This document shows, in pieces, positions 1-14,666 of a stretch of DNA of 64,000 nt. The notes under the pieces were generated by a model that saw only the letters and a list, made by a program, of their open reading frames with translations, searched no databases and had not been told where the DNA came from. The position numbers and the translations under genes are program-made. Numbering within the stretch: position 1 is the first letter of the stretch; each line of letters opens with the position of its first letter. The DNA comes from Eledone cirrhosa (taxonomy: Eukaryota): positions 157,294,001 through 157,358,000 of the forward strand of contig OZ024742.1 in assembly GCA_964016885.1 (NCBI GenBank), read 5' to 3'.

Positions 1-117
<117 letters not shown>

Positions 118-690
118 TTTATATAGAGCTGATATCTCCCTGTTTATAACTGATCATTTCATACAAAGGAAGCATTTCTAGTAGTAGTAGTAGTAGTAGA
201 TTAATGTGAGTGAAGATAATGAACTAACCAGGTGTTGCAGATTTGCACTATGATACAATTCGTTCCGTGTGAATTGTGACACCCAAACAGAGAAATAAAA
301 CGAAGACAAGATTAAGACTTAGAACACCAATAAATCTATAACACTGAGTGCATTGTATATTAAACATAGGAACAAAATGTGTTAAAGAGTAATAGTGTTG
401 TACAACTTGGATATGCTGGTTACTAAACACTGTATCCAGGATAGGAAAAATATGTCTAATACAGTCGTATGTATGTTAATAATTGTGGAGGTATATGTGC
501 CACAATGTTCACGCATGTATTTATAAATGGGTGTGTTCTTTTATAGATATTTGTATTTAAATAAGTGTTCTTGTTCCAGCATAAATGTACGTAAAATTGT
601 TTATATAAGTATGCATACACATGCACGATTATACGTCTGTCATTCTCTTTTTCACAATATCTCCTTTTCGCATATATTTATGTATATATA

Positions 691-769
<79 letters not shown>

Positions 770-899
770 ATATTATTATTTATAGTTATATATACACTAT
801 ATACAAATATAAACAGGAAAGGTCAGTAATTCATTACTACCTTATTAAACAGTAAGAAAAATAGCTAATGTAAATACATCATGTGTTTTACAGAGCAGG

Positions 900-3800
900 A
901 ATATATATTTTAAAAGCCCACCTCACAACACTTATTAAACTCTTTCGAAAATAATCTAATAAAACTAGTTAAGAACATAAGGAACAGAAAACATCATAAT
1001 AGAAACAATACCTTCTTAAACAACCTTAAAGGATTTAATAAAAGTAAATAAATTCTAGTACATGCTGATAAAACTAATAATATATATAGCCTAGATTACG
1101 ATACATATAGAACAGTTATATATATAAAGAACTACATAGGAGCTATAAGAAAACCACTATTAAAAACCTAGAGGATATAAATATAGAAGGCCATAGTATA
1201 GTGTATAAATTAGGACTTCAGAAACATACACAGTCATACACCCCTAACCCCCCAAGATTATCTCTGAAATATCATAAGGAAGACTTTAATGGTAACCCTT
1301 ATATAAGACATTGGAATTATCAGGAAAACATATTAGATAGAATCATCCTCCAATTTAAGCATAAAATATATCTTAACAAGTGGGGAAATACAGGTGAAGT
1401 TATTGAATGGTTATATTTTATTAAAGTGAATAAAAATAATAAATTTATAAAATTTGATATTAATTCATACTAAACCGCTATTTCCCCTATCCTATTAAAT
1501 AAGGCATTAATTATGGCTAGGAACAATAGTGACCATATTAGATCCCAAATTGATGTCATCCTTGCGGCCCGAAAAACCATAATTGCATTTGAAGATCAAT
1601 TATGGACCCACAAGGATTCACCTAACAACTTTGATATGACTATGGGATCTAGTGACTCGGCGCAGGGCACTAATTTTGTGGGCCTATATCTCTTAAATGA
1701 AATCCATAAGAATCTACACTACCTCAATGGTGGTTTATACCGCGATGATGCACTACTGCTTATTGTCTATCTATCTAGGGCGGGTAAAATTCCCGAGATC
1801 CATGGACGAGTTCTCTCCAGCGGTCTCTGTCCCTCATGATCGCTGCCATGTCCTGTGTCTCCAACAGACCAGTGACTGTCCTTAGGGCATCACCATACGT
1901 TAACCTTGGTCTTCCTCTCCAGTGTGTCCATGTAGGGACTCGCACAGGACCACTGAGTGCAATGTCAACTCTGACTGCAATGTCAACACTTTATTGACTA
2001 TAAAAAAATTAATATAGAAAGAACTAGGAAACAATTGCATAACATTTTCAAAAACTTCAACTTAGGTATTACCTTAGATAAAAACACTAAAAACGTTAAC
2101 TTCCTAGATGGTTCCCTTTGCCTGGACTCTAAAATATATACACCCTTTCATAAACCAAACGTAAAACTACTTTATGTAGATACCAACTCTAACCATTCTA
2201 AATCCATATTAAACTCAATTACTAAAGGAATATCAAATAGAATCTATCATATAACGAAACCATATTTAACAGTCATTCCCAATACTATAATGAGGCCTTA
2301 GCTAAATCAGGTCAGAAAAATGAAATTAAATTTCTACGTATGAAATCACCTAGTTTCAACATTATTTCTCACAATATGGCCACGAGGAAAAATAATAAAA
2401 GTACTAGCCACTCTAACTCTAATACGAATGGTAATATTAAACTTAACTCGCACCAGAATAAACACCCCAATAATAATATAAACAGAAATATAAACAACAC
2501 CTCAAATAACACTATAAAAAGCAAAAATAGAAGAACTAATACATGTTTCAATCCCCTTTCAATGTAAACGTCTCGACCAATTTGCCTAAGGCTTTCTTCT
2601 CAATCCTAGAAAATAACTTCCAAGTCGGCCAAATACCTTAATCTTATCAATAAAAATACCATTAAAATCTCTTATTCTACCACACCTAACATCGCATACC
2701 ATATAGCTAGTAGTAATAAAAGGAAGATTAATAATTATTTCCAACTAATTAAATCACAACAGGTGGTAAACTTACATAGCAACATAGTACCAGAGAATTC
2801 TAGTAGAAATAATAATAATGGTAATAGCGCTAATGAAATTAATAACAATGCGAACGATAACCACCATTACCCTAATGTTATCCCTAACAACCAGGCATCT
2901 ACACAACGTAGTAATCGGCAAGCAAACAACAAGAATAACTGTAACTGTAGAACATATAGAACTTGACCCTTAGGTAAAAATTGCTTAATCAAAGACATCA
3001 TTTACTCATGCACAGTCAACACAAACAACTCTTCAAAAACATATATTGGTTCTACTTCGAACTGCTTCAAGACGAGATATAACTCGCATCTTCACACCTT
3101 CAAAAATCGCAATATAGCCAACTTAACTTCTTTATCTAACTACATACACTCTCTGAAAACTAGGAATAGACCATATACACTTCAATCGGAAGTAATAGAT
3201 ATGGCCGCATCGTATAAACCACCGAATAAATTATGTAATCTCTGTCTTCTAGAGACACGCACTATAATCTATTCTAAACTAGACCTCTTAAATAGAAAAT
3301 CAGACATGTTTTCCATGTGCCAACACTACCAGCGACACTCTTTCCATAACTTTAAACCTAGCTGCTAGTACATAACATTGTCAGATCTGGATTCCTCACC
3401 CCAATTAACAATTCACCTATATGTCTTATCAGCATATAATTACCCCCACAGCATTACACACTATGATCAGCTCATTCCTCTACTTTACTCCTATTTATCT
3501 GAAACCTTATACTCTACAATAACTATTAAGAATAAACATAAAGTTACCACCATTTAATATAACTACTATAGCTTACTTATATATTATTCAGTAATGGATA
3601 GATAATAATATAATGAGACCTTTAATGTATTATAGGAAAATAAATTATATTAATATTTATAATTAAATATATAAATTAATAGCATTATTTATAAGGGATT
3701 CACTTATAACATAATATAATGTATATCAATAGCACAAGAGATTTCACTAATTGGAGCTGTAATCAACTATACATCTTTTTCTATAGATTACTTATATTTT

Positions 3801-4805
3801 ATTCAGTAATGGATAGATAACAATATAATGAGACCTTTAATGTATTATTGGAAAATAGATTGTACTTAAAATTAAATATAAATAAATAGAATTATATAAT
3901 AGGGATTCACTTGTGACAAAATATAATGTATATTAGCACAAGGAATTTAAGTAATTGGAGATGTAAACAACTATACCTTTTTTCTATTTTTTCTATCATA
4001 TACAAATTAATCGCTAATTACCTCCCCTTTCACATTAGCTCCCCTTAATATAGATCTCAAACTCACTTTCGGAAATTAAACCGTTAGAGGAATCACTCCA
4101 GAAAAACTCGAACCCTGGATAACAGTATAATATGACCAATATACAATCCATTGCTATAACTAATTACACAAATTCACTAACATAAAATATAACCAATGTA
4201 ATGGAAAAGATAATAATATTAATACTCTCAACACAAGCACATTTGAACATTACAGAAACAATTAATCACACTACATCCACCATAAACTCATAATTGTAAT
4301 ACACAAACATCTGTGATTGCTTGATATGCTTGTAAACCTATGTTATTGTATGTGATACCTTTGCCATACAGTAATTATATATGCCTAGTACCATTGCTTG
4401 TTTCCCACCTAACTGTCCTGTATATGCCTAACACATTTGCACTCTCTATACGCTTGCATATGTACTGCTAGTGTCCTCGTTTTACGAGTAACCTTCTGCC
4501 TAATGCCTATTTAATTATTATACTATTCTCTTGTAATCTCTGTCACATGCATTCCACCCTGTGGCTTTTTTAATTATTATACAATTCTCTTGTAATCTCT
4601 GTCACATCCATTCCAATCTGTAATTACGAAACTGTTGATGACAACATTAATATCCATGTATCTATATGATTGTTCAGTTGGATATGAAGTTAATTTATGT
4701 CCAAACTTTGCTAGTGCTCCTATGAAACCAAACTAAATTTTGGAAGAAACGATTGTCAGCAATAAAATGATTTGAACATACTTTTGATTATTGTGTAAGT
4801 TATAT
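900..4805 (+). mobile_element. Penelope-like element (Naiad type), decayed: RT + GIY-YIG pseudo-ORF (~900-3368), long 3' region and HHR-like pLTR end
   Basis: Frameshifted fragments: ILVHADKTNNIY; LNKWGNTGEVIEW...FIKFDINSY; FDMTMGSSDSAQGTNFVGLYLL; GGLYRDDALL (RT catalytic motif); VNFLD..YTPFHKPN..YVDTNSNH; CNCRTYRT*PLGKNCL; IIYSCTV...YIGSTSNCFKTRYNSH; LCNLCLLE; stop 3366-3368. The 3' end carries degenerate GAAACGATTGTCAGC-AATAAA. Confidence 0.9.
1771..1990 (-). mobile_element. 5'-truncated RTE-clade LINE 3' end inserted in the PLE RT
   Basis: Minus strand reads GRPRLTYGDALRTVTGLLETQDMAAIMRDRDRWRELV...*, typical of an RTE C-terminus, followed by a TAGATAG tail; flanked by 11-bp TSD TTATTG(T/A)CTAT at 1760-1770 and 1991-2001. 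Confidence 0.8.
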
Positions 4806-5427
4806 GTATATATATATCCAGTTGAAGGTAGCCCGCACCCATATATGTATCTATGATTATATTTCAATATATATGTTCTTTATATAATTTTGTTCTATTC
4901 TACCTTACGGCTGAGAAAATTATAGGCGGTGACTAACTGCTTCTTCTATCAATGCCCTATTCGTCTCCGATCTACTCTTCACAACAATTCTATCTTGACC
5001 GCTAGCTAGGTGATGATTTTCATTCGTTTTGAATTGGTTACTAACGGCATCCACTTTCGAAATTTCGGTCTTAAACGAGGGGGTCTTTTGCTAAGCTCGA
5101 AACCACATGTATAACGCAACGATTAGATATTTCCACAAAGTTCGATAGGAATTGTCGACAGTCGGGACTAGAGCACTTTTGGTAACATTTATCTCTTATT
5201 TCTTCAAAGTTACATCTTTAACGCCGTTTAAATGAATATTTATCTAGTTAATTTCCTACGGTCTAAGAAGAAAAATTAGCTAACTTTTATCTGACTGTTC
5301 TTCAAGCATATAATAAATATATATATGTATATATATACTATATATAGAGTTATAACTTGGTCATTTGCAATACAAGCACTTATATAATTGTATTAGTGTT
5401 TATCATATATTAATTTATATTAATCTG

Positions 5428-5468
<41 letters not shown>

Positions 5469-5472
<4 letters not shown>

Positions 5473-5754
5473 ATAAAATGACAGGAGGATGGACTTGTGT
5501 AAATCCTTGAAAGGTTTATTATACTATGAACATTTCAATGACCGGGTTGCGTATGAATCCGGTGATATCATCAGGTATTCGAAATATAACAAATGAATGT
5601 AATAGATAAATATTTATCTATTACATTCATTTGTTATATTTCGAATACGTGATGATATCACCGGATTCATACGGAACCCGGTCATTGAAATGATCATAGT
5701 ATAATAAACCTTTCAAGGATTTGCACAAGTCCAGCTTCCTCTCATTTTATTATA
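5469..5754. repeat. Spacer-less ~143-bp-arm palindrome of a PLE pLTR containing an HHR motif in each arm
   Basis: Arms are reverse complements centred on 5611/5612. Left arm, minus strand 5521-5578: ATAC-CTGATGA-...ACCGG..CCGGT...-GAAA-TGTTCA-TA-GTAT, then AATAAA. Related solo copy at ~36105-36220. Confidence 0.85.
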
Positions 5755-5901
5755 ATATTTAACTCAGTACTAGCACCACCAACTACAAAAACGAAGACTG
5801 CTGAACTGCTTTACGTTGAGTACTCTCCATATTATTACATTAAGATTGACCATACGGAATTGACCGGCTCTATCCAGTGGTGAACCTCAGACGTGAATAA
5901 A

Positions 5902-5949
<48 letters not shown>

Positions 5950-5950
<1 letters not shown>

Positions 5951-6137
5951 CGAAGGAAATATGGTAAGGAACCAGGTCTACCATAACGCACCAAAGTACT
6001 CAATACTTAGGGTAGTAGAGTGGGTAATAAGAACGAGTAGGACCCCGACGGCGGAGCTCAAGCCGTTTCGACGGCTAATTCTGGACTGAATTAGCAATCG
6101 AAACTGCTTGAGCTCAGCCGTCGGGGTCCTACTAGTT

Positions 6138-6138
<1 letters not shown>
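5950..6138. mobile_element. pLTR-derived fold-back fragment in (TA)n (family also at 10545-10688 and 59618-60149)
   Basis: Inverted repeat 6031-6138 containing the HHR 3' half GAAAC(G/T)GC-TTGAGCTCA-GCCGTC-GGGGT; near-identical to 59618-59755. Confidence 0.7.
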
Positions 6139-6206
<68 letters not shown>

Positions 6207-6815
6207 ATGTGTGCGTGTGTGTGCGTGCGTGAGTGTGTGTGTATATGTGTGCGCGCGCGAATATATGAAGTTATATTGTGTTCATTCATTCTTTCTTCGT
6301 GAGCAAATAATTATGATAGCAGTAAATTCATAATTCAAAAAACAGTAAGAAAAAGGTTTAAAATTATTGTTGTTTATTTACTCATTTACTCATTTACTCA
6401 TTGTTTACTTCATTACAGCCAAAAATTATACATCGATACTGCAGAAAATCGACTAATTTTTTTAACATAAACAGGAAAGCAAGAATTAAATAGGATTCAC
6501 CATTTGCTTTTCTATGTAATTATGGCTTTGCTTTTTTATGTTAAACAATTATTGCTTTTGGTACATCCTGAAGTTAAGCGCCTGTGTGAACTTAATTAAC
6601 TGAAATATTTTGAGGGTTTTCCCCACTATTGATGCATAATTTTTAGCTGTATTGAAACGTTCGTAAATGTAATAATTATCAACAACAATTCTAATCTTTG
6701 GCCTTACTGAATTTTGAAATATATATCCATGAATATACACACACACACAGACACACATATGCACACAGTAAAATAAACACATACACACACTCTAATACAC
6801 ACATGCACATTATAC

Positions 6816-6964
<149 letters not shown>

Positions 6965-8619
6965 CGTGTATACGCACATCTATATATATGCAAATTGACG
7001 ATTATTAACTAATTAAATTAAACCTATTTATTAATCTACTTGTATGATTTTTCTCTTGTTAGTATAGTATATCGTTACTTAATTGAAATTATTGTGCGGA
7101 AGAACTGATATTCATTGCTACTAAAAATTCTTTCTTACTCAGCTACACTTGCTCAAACTTGAAAGTATCACATAATATTCACATAATATGTAATGTGTGT
7201 CTAGAATAACGTTCACATTAATCCTTCATAAATCGAATATACAAGCGAACATTTTTCAATGAATTCCTTCATTTTTACATTTTTTCTGTATAGCATGCAA
7301 CAGATTTTCTCGATATTCCCCTCTGTTTGAGCGTGTACATATACAAATGTGTTGTGTGTATTAGGTTTGAGGGGAAATAAGACGTACCACGTCTATTCTA
7401 GGTATAAATTGTAATGATGTACATATTTCTACGTGAAGCCTTATACCAGAGGAATATCATGAAATAATATTTAACAAAACAGGTTTTAATTTATTCGTAG
7501 CAGAAACACCTTACATTCAACATAATAAATATTGTAATGATATTAATTCATTAACGTGATAACTGTCCAGTCTATCAGTTAAATGATAGCGATAAATTAA
7601 TTCAGTTGTCAAGTGCTCTACAAGCCTTTGATATTATATACTGATAGTTAATAGCTCTTAAATTAAGTTACTTCACGAAGCCTGTATCTGAATTCATACT
7701 AACATAATGGCAGTTCTGGCACCAATTGTACATTGATATGTCTAAATTAGAACCCCTTCGATGTTATGGTTCTAAGCATATCGAATATGTCATGTGGTGT
7801 CTATTGACATTCATGATGAGTTAATACTATGCCATCAAATACTGTAGATTTTATCTTCCGCCAAGTATGAACTAGCTATATAAACTTCTTAAATGAAAGA
7901 AAAATGAAATAAAATATATCTCAGACATGAATCTATATACACTAAAGGTATCACCACAAAGCAGTGACGCCAAGTTTATTGTCATGATTTCCTATATATT
8001 ATCCTATATATTTGCAAACAGCAATTACAAATATTAAGTGAGATTCTAGAGAGAAATGTTAACAGGTTTTACATGATACCTTCTATTGAATTTTTATTCA
8101 ATTGTCCAGTTATTTGACTATTGTATTAATGTTTATTAGCAAATTATATACAACTACAATTCCTTGTGTTCATATATGTTGCCGTTTTCATTTGCTTCAT
8201 ATCAACATCGTTTTCGGAATATAGAGCAACATAGCATATGTCAGCATTCTCTTTTGCCTTTCAACACAAAACATTTCCAACACGAACATTGTTGCAGACA
8301 CAGCATATATATGAAAACAAAAAGAAAATGTGGAAACAAGTATAACTAACGCAATGAATCTATAAAAGAGTGAAACAAATGGTGTTGTTGGTAACGTATT
8401 GAGAGATAAATAAAATACATTATGAAAATGGGACATCATTAGTGATAGCCCTAGGAAAGTACGATGTTGTTGTCTCTTTTAATACAAACAATTCCTGGAC
8501 AACAGATAAAGCATAATTAATAATAAATAATACACACACAGACACGCACATATTTATATATCTATATACCTACCTATATATGAAACTTGTCTATCTATCT
8601 TTCTCTTTCTCTCTCGCTG

Positions 8620-8656
<37 letters not shown>

Positions 8657-9061
8657 GTGCACACACACACGCACACACACACATACACACACACACATAC
8701 AAATTAATATATATATATATATATCTGTATGGATGTATATATATTTACATTCTAAAAGCTTTCAAGCAGTTAAAAAAATGTACATCATATTTATTTGACT
8801 TCATTTTACAAAACATGTCTCCAGGATATGCAGGCCAACTATATTCTGATTTATTTTTATACCATACATTTTATGTCAGTGAAACACGAAAAGCTTATGT
8901 TCTTTGTCTGCATTCTATATTCTATCTCCATTGTTTTATGTTTAGTTACACAGTAATACTTTGTAGGTTATGATATCACAAACGCGAAAGTGCGAAGAAG
9001 GAGAGAGTAACTGATCACGTGCTCGGTAATAAATATTAGTATATATACACACATAAGTAAT

Positions 9062-9200
9062 GAATAGGCAGAATCGTTTGAACATCGGATAGAAAACTTT
9101 GCGGTATTCTCTCAGGCATCTTGGCTCTCAGAGTTCGAATTCCACCGAGTTCAACTTTGCCTCTCATCAATTCAAGGTGGATAGAAAAAATACCTGTCTA
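9062..9200 (+). mobile_element. Old tRNA-derived SINE
   Basis: A-box-like GGCAGAATCG, B-box GAGTTCGAATTC, and a diverged CTTTGCCTCTCATC body. Confidence 0.65.
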
Positions 9201-9405
9201 GTTCTAGGATCGCCTCTTACTCTATATTCATTTCACACTGTCTGTCCTTCTATGGAAGAAAAGTCCTGTGTTCAGACTTGGAAACATATTGACACAATCA
9301 CGATTGAAAATACCCAAGAAACTCCGTCTGTCAATGCCACGCCCGTACGACTAGCTCACGAGTTACAGATTCATACACGCTCACAAGCACACACACACTC
9401 CCCCC

Positions 9406-9532
<127 letters not shown>

Positions 9533-10224
9533 TACATATATATATATATATATTTTTTTTTTTTTTCAGCGAGATCGTATTTCAGCGGTGATCGTAGTTC
9601 GGCCAAAACAAAACGAAACGCCATCTTCGAGATACGCCGGCAATCGAATGGAGGGTTTCTGTAAAATTCTAAATCAATTATACTGTCTGCTTTCGTTGTA
9701 AGCTTTTGGTATAACGATCGAACAAGGTAGCCATTTGGTCAACATATTTTCTGTTCTAAGCCGCCTACCGGGTTCCAATGGAGTAGCAGGGAAGTGACTA
9801 CCCCACGTGGTTACCCTGCGAGGGAGGCAACGCCTGTTTTTGGCGGGTGCATTCAAAATGTGTAAAGGAATTGCAAAAAATTGCAACAAACTGCACAAAT
9901 CGAAGTAAGCTCTCGTATTTTAATAAATTTAGGCAATTAATCAGTCAATAGAATTGTCTAATTGAATTAACTAATTAATTGCTAGGCACGGGAGATTAAT
10001 ACAAATATAATTTCAGCGAGATCGTAATTCGGCGGAGGTAAAACAAAAGAAAACGCAATATTCGAGATAAGCCAGCAAGCACTCAATGGACTAAGAGGAA
10101 AGCAGAGCAATTAACATGTGTTATAATAGCAGATAAAATGAATACAGTGGTCGCGAAGCCATCAGCCACCGTAGCCGAAAAAACAAAACAAGCTAAACAG
10201 GTTAACAAATATATATATATATAT

Positions 10225-10511
10225 TTAAAGGTTAAACAAGGTTCAATGAATAAATCAAAGAATAAGTTTTACCCTCTGTATTATATGTAATTTGTTCATG
10301 TCTCAATCTTAAGGTATATAAATATTGAGATTTGTCATATCTTATTCACTGCCATGACTGAATTTTAACCATCTACTTAGTCACGGTATGTCATGCATCA
10401 TCTTATTTTATCTAATGAGGACGTACTGTTGAAGATAGCTCAGTAACACTGAAATATGTATAATAAAATATACTTGATCACAGGAATGTCTATTTTTGTT
10501 AATATTTTGAA

Positions 10512-10515
<4 letters not shown>
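10225..10515 (+). mobile_element. Solo pLTR with degenerate HHR and inverted tail
   Basis: CTAATGAGGACGTAC...GAAATATGTATAATAAA at ~10412-10468 matches 25383-25426; 10225-10265 is the reverse complement of the family tail (cf. 34640-34697). Confidence 0.65.
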
Positions 10516-10544
<29 letters not shown>

Positions 10545-10546
<2 letters not shown>

Positions 10547-10688
10547 CAAAGAAAGAGTGGTAAGAACGAGGTGGACCCTAACGCACCAGAGTATTCGATA
10601 CCGGCCAATTCGACAGCTAGATCCGAACATTTCGAATCTAGCTGTCGAAACGGTCTGAGCTCAGCCGTCGGGGTCTTGACTCTTTTCC
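10545..10688. mobile_element. pLTR fold-back fragment
   Basis: Hairpin TTCGACAGCTAGAT...ATCTAGCTGTCGAA followed by GAAACGGTCTGAGCTCAGCCGTCGGGGT; related to 5950-6138. Confidence 0.6.
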
Positions 10689-10704
10689 TATATATATATA
10701 TATA

Positions 10705-10744
<40 letters not shown>

Positions 10745-12178
10745 TGTGTGTGCGTGCGTGTGTGTGCGTGCGTGTGTGTGTGTGTGTGCGTGTGTGTCTG
10801 TGTGTGTCTGTGTGTGTACAGTATACACTTAAGCAAATTTGTGAGAATATACATAATATCTCAAGAAAAATGATCGCCAAAATAATCTCATTGCAGAAAC
10901 ATACATCAAAAACATCTTTTACAAAATCACTGAGGGGTAGATAACGGTAGAAGCATCTTTCCCTAAGGATAACATTATACTTACTGTAGTTTCAAAATTC
11001 AATGTATATCGGCTAATCTGTCAATAGATTGAAGTGCCGAACGTTACCAAAATGATATCACTTCGCACGATTTTCTGAATGGTATAAAACAAAAGAAAAA
11101 ATTACACACCTGTTATTAGACGTGTTCATCCATCGGTGAAACCACATGGTTTAAGAAATATATCTTGCACACATGCGTAGATCTATCTACGACAAGCATA
11201 TATATTATTTATTTCACTTCAGACATAACCTACCAGATCTTCAAACTTATCACCATTTGCAATGCTGAATATGTTTCATCGATACAAAATAGTACCTAGA
11301 ATATAGAATGAAAATGAAGCCGGAATAGGTTGAATGAGGCTTTAGTTTTTAAATCCACTCTTGCTACAATAGTATAAGAGAATTATAAAATCATAGTCAT
11401 ATACTAGTCGTTAGACTGTAAACATGGGATGAGAGATGGTAAGTAATATGCTGGGCCTGTTTTTCTTTAGAATGAGGGAAGACGGCAAAAAGAAGTCTAA
11501 ACGTTACGATGGTTAATACTCTAAAAATATTGTATTAGAAACGCATTTTCTGAAATAATATCATAAATTGGCTTGATACTGTGAAAGCTTACTGCTAGAA
11601 AATGCAGTGACGTGTCATATTCTTTCTGAGCTAGTGGTGTGCATCGACTGGTAATATGCCAAACAGTTTCTCCATTGATTACTCAAGTTCCTCTCTTTCT
11701 GGTGTTTGGTCTACTCTCTTCTTGATGTAGTTACAGACCTGATATAATTGTGAAGGACTATAAAGAGAAAACATGTTTCTTACTTGACAAGAGTATTCCA
11801 TTAGATCGTAACATCTCCTCGAAAGTGTTTGGTGCATATGGAATGTCGGTGCATATGGAATGATAAATATAAAGGTAAATGAAAATTATTTGGACAGGAT
11901 AGCTGGAAGAGATACAGGAAATAGTGCTGACTTGTACTGTTCATACCACGACAAGGCCATTATCAATTTTAAAAGATTTCAAGATTATTTACTGCTGTTT
12001 GTGCCCTCGTGGCATCATTTTCAGGACAATTGATTGTAAAATGTGTGTATTATCAAACTTTGCTACGTGTGCATGTTTGACACTCGACATAATATGGTGT
12101 GCGTCATTTTAACAACTAATTCCGGAACTACCTGTTGACACAGCAGGCAAGATGTCAGCCGCCGGGACCCGACGCTTC

Positions 12179-12242
<64 letters not shown>

Positions 12243-12247
<5 letters not shown>

Positions 12248-12309
12248 TAAAATAACAGATTAAAGTTTAAGCAAAGAATCGCTGCTTTCACCCTTAACGG
12301 GATCTTCTG
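12243..12309 (-). mobile_element. pLTR fragment with partial HHR
   Basis: Minus strand CAGAAGA-TCCC-GTTAA-GGGT-GAAA; same family as 35077-35270 and 18321-18405. Confidence 0.55.
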
Positions 12310-12404
<95 letters not shown>

Positions 12405-12730
12405 CAATAACAGACAAAACCACCACAAGATTGCAACAGACACAAAGTGTTATTAGGTTTGCGCTTGGGATTGAATATAAGGATGAAGGAAATCGGGAAG
12501 TAAATGAACGTCTTAAAGTATCAGACATAAGCAAAGTACAGAGAGAGAAAGAAGTTTAGAATAACGGAGGCTTGAAGCGTGCAAAAATAATTATGATAGG
12601 TGAGGAATTTAGGTGAGTAGTCCGGCACGCTTGGATGGTGTTTTGATAGAAAATCCAAGTGTATTCTGGGGGCTGTTACATGTGTGTTGATGGATTGCAT
12701 TTCATAGGTGTGCATTATTTCTCCTTACTG

Positions 12731-12848
12731 CCATTCTGAGTTCAAATCCCGCCGAAGTTAACGTTGCCTTTCATCCTTACGGGGTCGATAAAATAAAGTG
12801 CTAGTAATACACTGGTGATTTGCTGGCCTTGTGCCAAAAGTAGAAACA
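12731..12848 (+). mobile_element. 5'-truncated tRNA-derived SINE with 17-bp TSD
   Basis: B-box GAGTTCAAATC and body GCCTTTCATCCTTACGGGGTCGATAAAAT; TSD ATTATTTCTCCTTACTG at 12714-12730 and 12849-12865. Confidence 0.9.
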
Positions 12849-12902
12849 ATTATTTCTCCTTACTGAATGTCATTGTGTATGTTTCTATATTAATGTTTCA
12901 GT

Positions 12903-12970
<68 letters not shown>

Positions 12971-13365
12971 GGGTATATATACACGTTTTTCTTTGTGAAA
13001 TGTGTATGTTTATTTTCTATACGTGTGTACACATGTGTATGTATGTGTATGCTTCTCTATGGGTGTGAGTAGGTAGGTATGTTTATGTATACACGTGGGT
13101 TTCTGTAAAAATGTTAATGTAATTGTATATCTACGTGTGTATGCGTATGCTTATATATGAGTATGAGGGTGTGGATGGCTTTTGAGATGTTAGCAGTGTA
13201 TATTGATAGTATAAATCTATATTGTTAATTTCTATGCTGGCTGAGTAGTGTAGATGGTCGTGTTAGTATAATTAATTAGTTAATTGCTAGCGTTAGCAAA
13301 ATGTATTGTCTATATTTATATGTGACCGTGCTGGAGTATTAGTTTGTCTATCTACGCGGGGGAAG

Positions 13366-13563
<198 letters not shown>

Positions 13564-14053
13564 GTATTGGTGAGTGTGAAAGAGATCAAGAGAGTCATGG
13601 AGCCAGTGAGTCAGAAATGTACATTGTTTGTACATGTGTTGTGGTTTAGACTATATTCTCAGCTGTCGTTGGAGACCATAACATGTTTGTAGCTCATAGT
13701 ACTATATGAATGTCAAAATATTTCATTCGGTACAACTGAAAGCATTCATGTCTTGCCATAACAAATCATTACGATATATAAACTGCTCTCAGAATTCAGA
13801 AAAAACAACGTTAATTTTTAATGAATCGTGCTGTTGCTTGAACACATGGTTTGTTTTCCTTTGGCAGTTTTATGTATGTTGTGTATAAATGACAAATTTC
13901 GTCAGTTTATTCTATTTACGAGTGATCAATAAAGGGAAGGTTCAATGCATATATACATATATATAAATAGAGAGAGGGAGATAGATATGTATGTATAAAT
14001 ATATATATATAAACTCACACACACATTGCGTATATATATAAACATACACACAC

Positions 14054-14097
<44 letters not shown>

Positions 14098-14506
14098 TGC
14101 CTAAGATCGCTTGTCAAATACCCATGGGAATATTACTGACTAATGCGTGTATAGCATTAGGATATATCTGATGGTTTTTCAAATGTCAAGGTAGTTCGGA
14201 CACAAAGATATACTTGCATCTATTACATATAGCATTAGCACAATATAAAGGGCATTGATTAGAAAAACATGAGGACACATATTATCAGGCACGAACAGTA
14301 ATTTCACTCCAGTAAATGACGATGCCATTAGGAATGACTAAGAGATGGTCCTATTAAACCTGAATAACGTATTAGATTTGTTAAAAACTAATTCCCTGGA
14401 GGTGACATTTACAGCATTTTTCTTGTCAAAACAATGAACTAAAGAATATTTTGTAAGTCAGAATGTCAAAAGATATATACATACATAGAATCAGTGGAAT
14501 GTGATT

Positions 14507-14666
<160 letters not shown>

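Noticed and set aside
3368-3520. SECIS element after the Naiad stop
   Set aside because: ATGA is present, but no correctly spaced AA loop and GA quartet in either copy
11423-11520. Possible host exons (GTAAGT donor, TTTTCTTTAG acceptor)
   Set aside because: Implied intron is only ~32 nt and there is no supportable reading frame or homology
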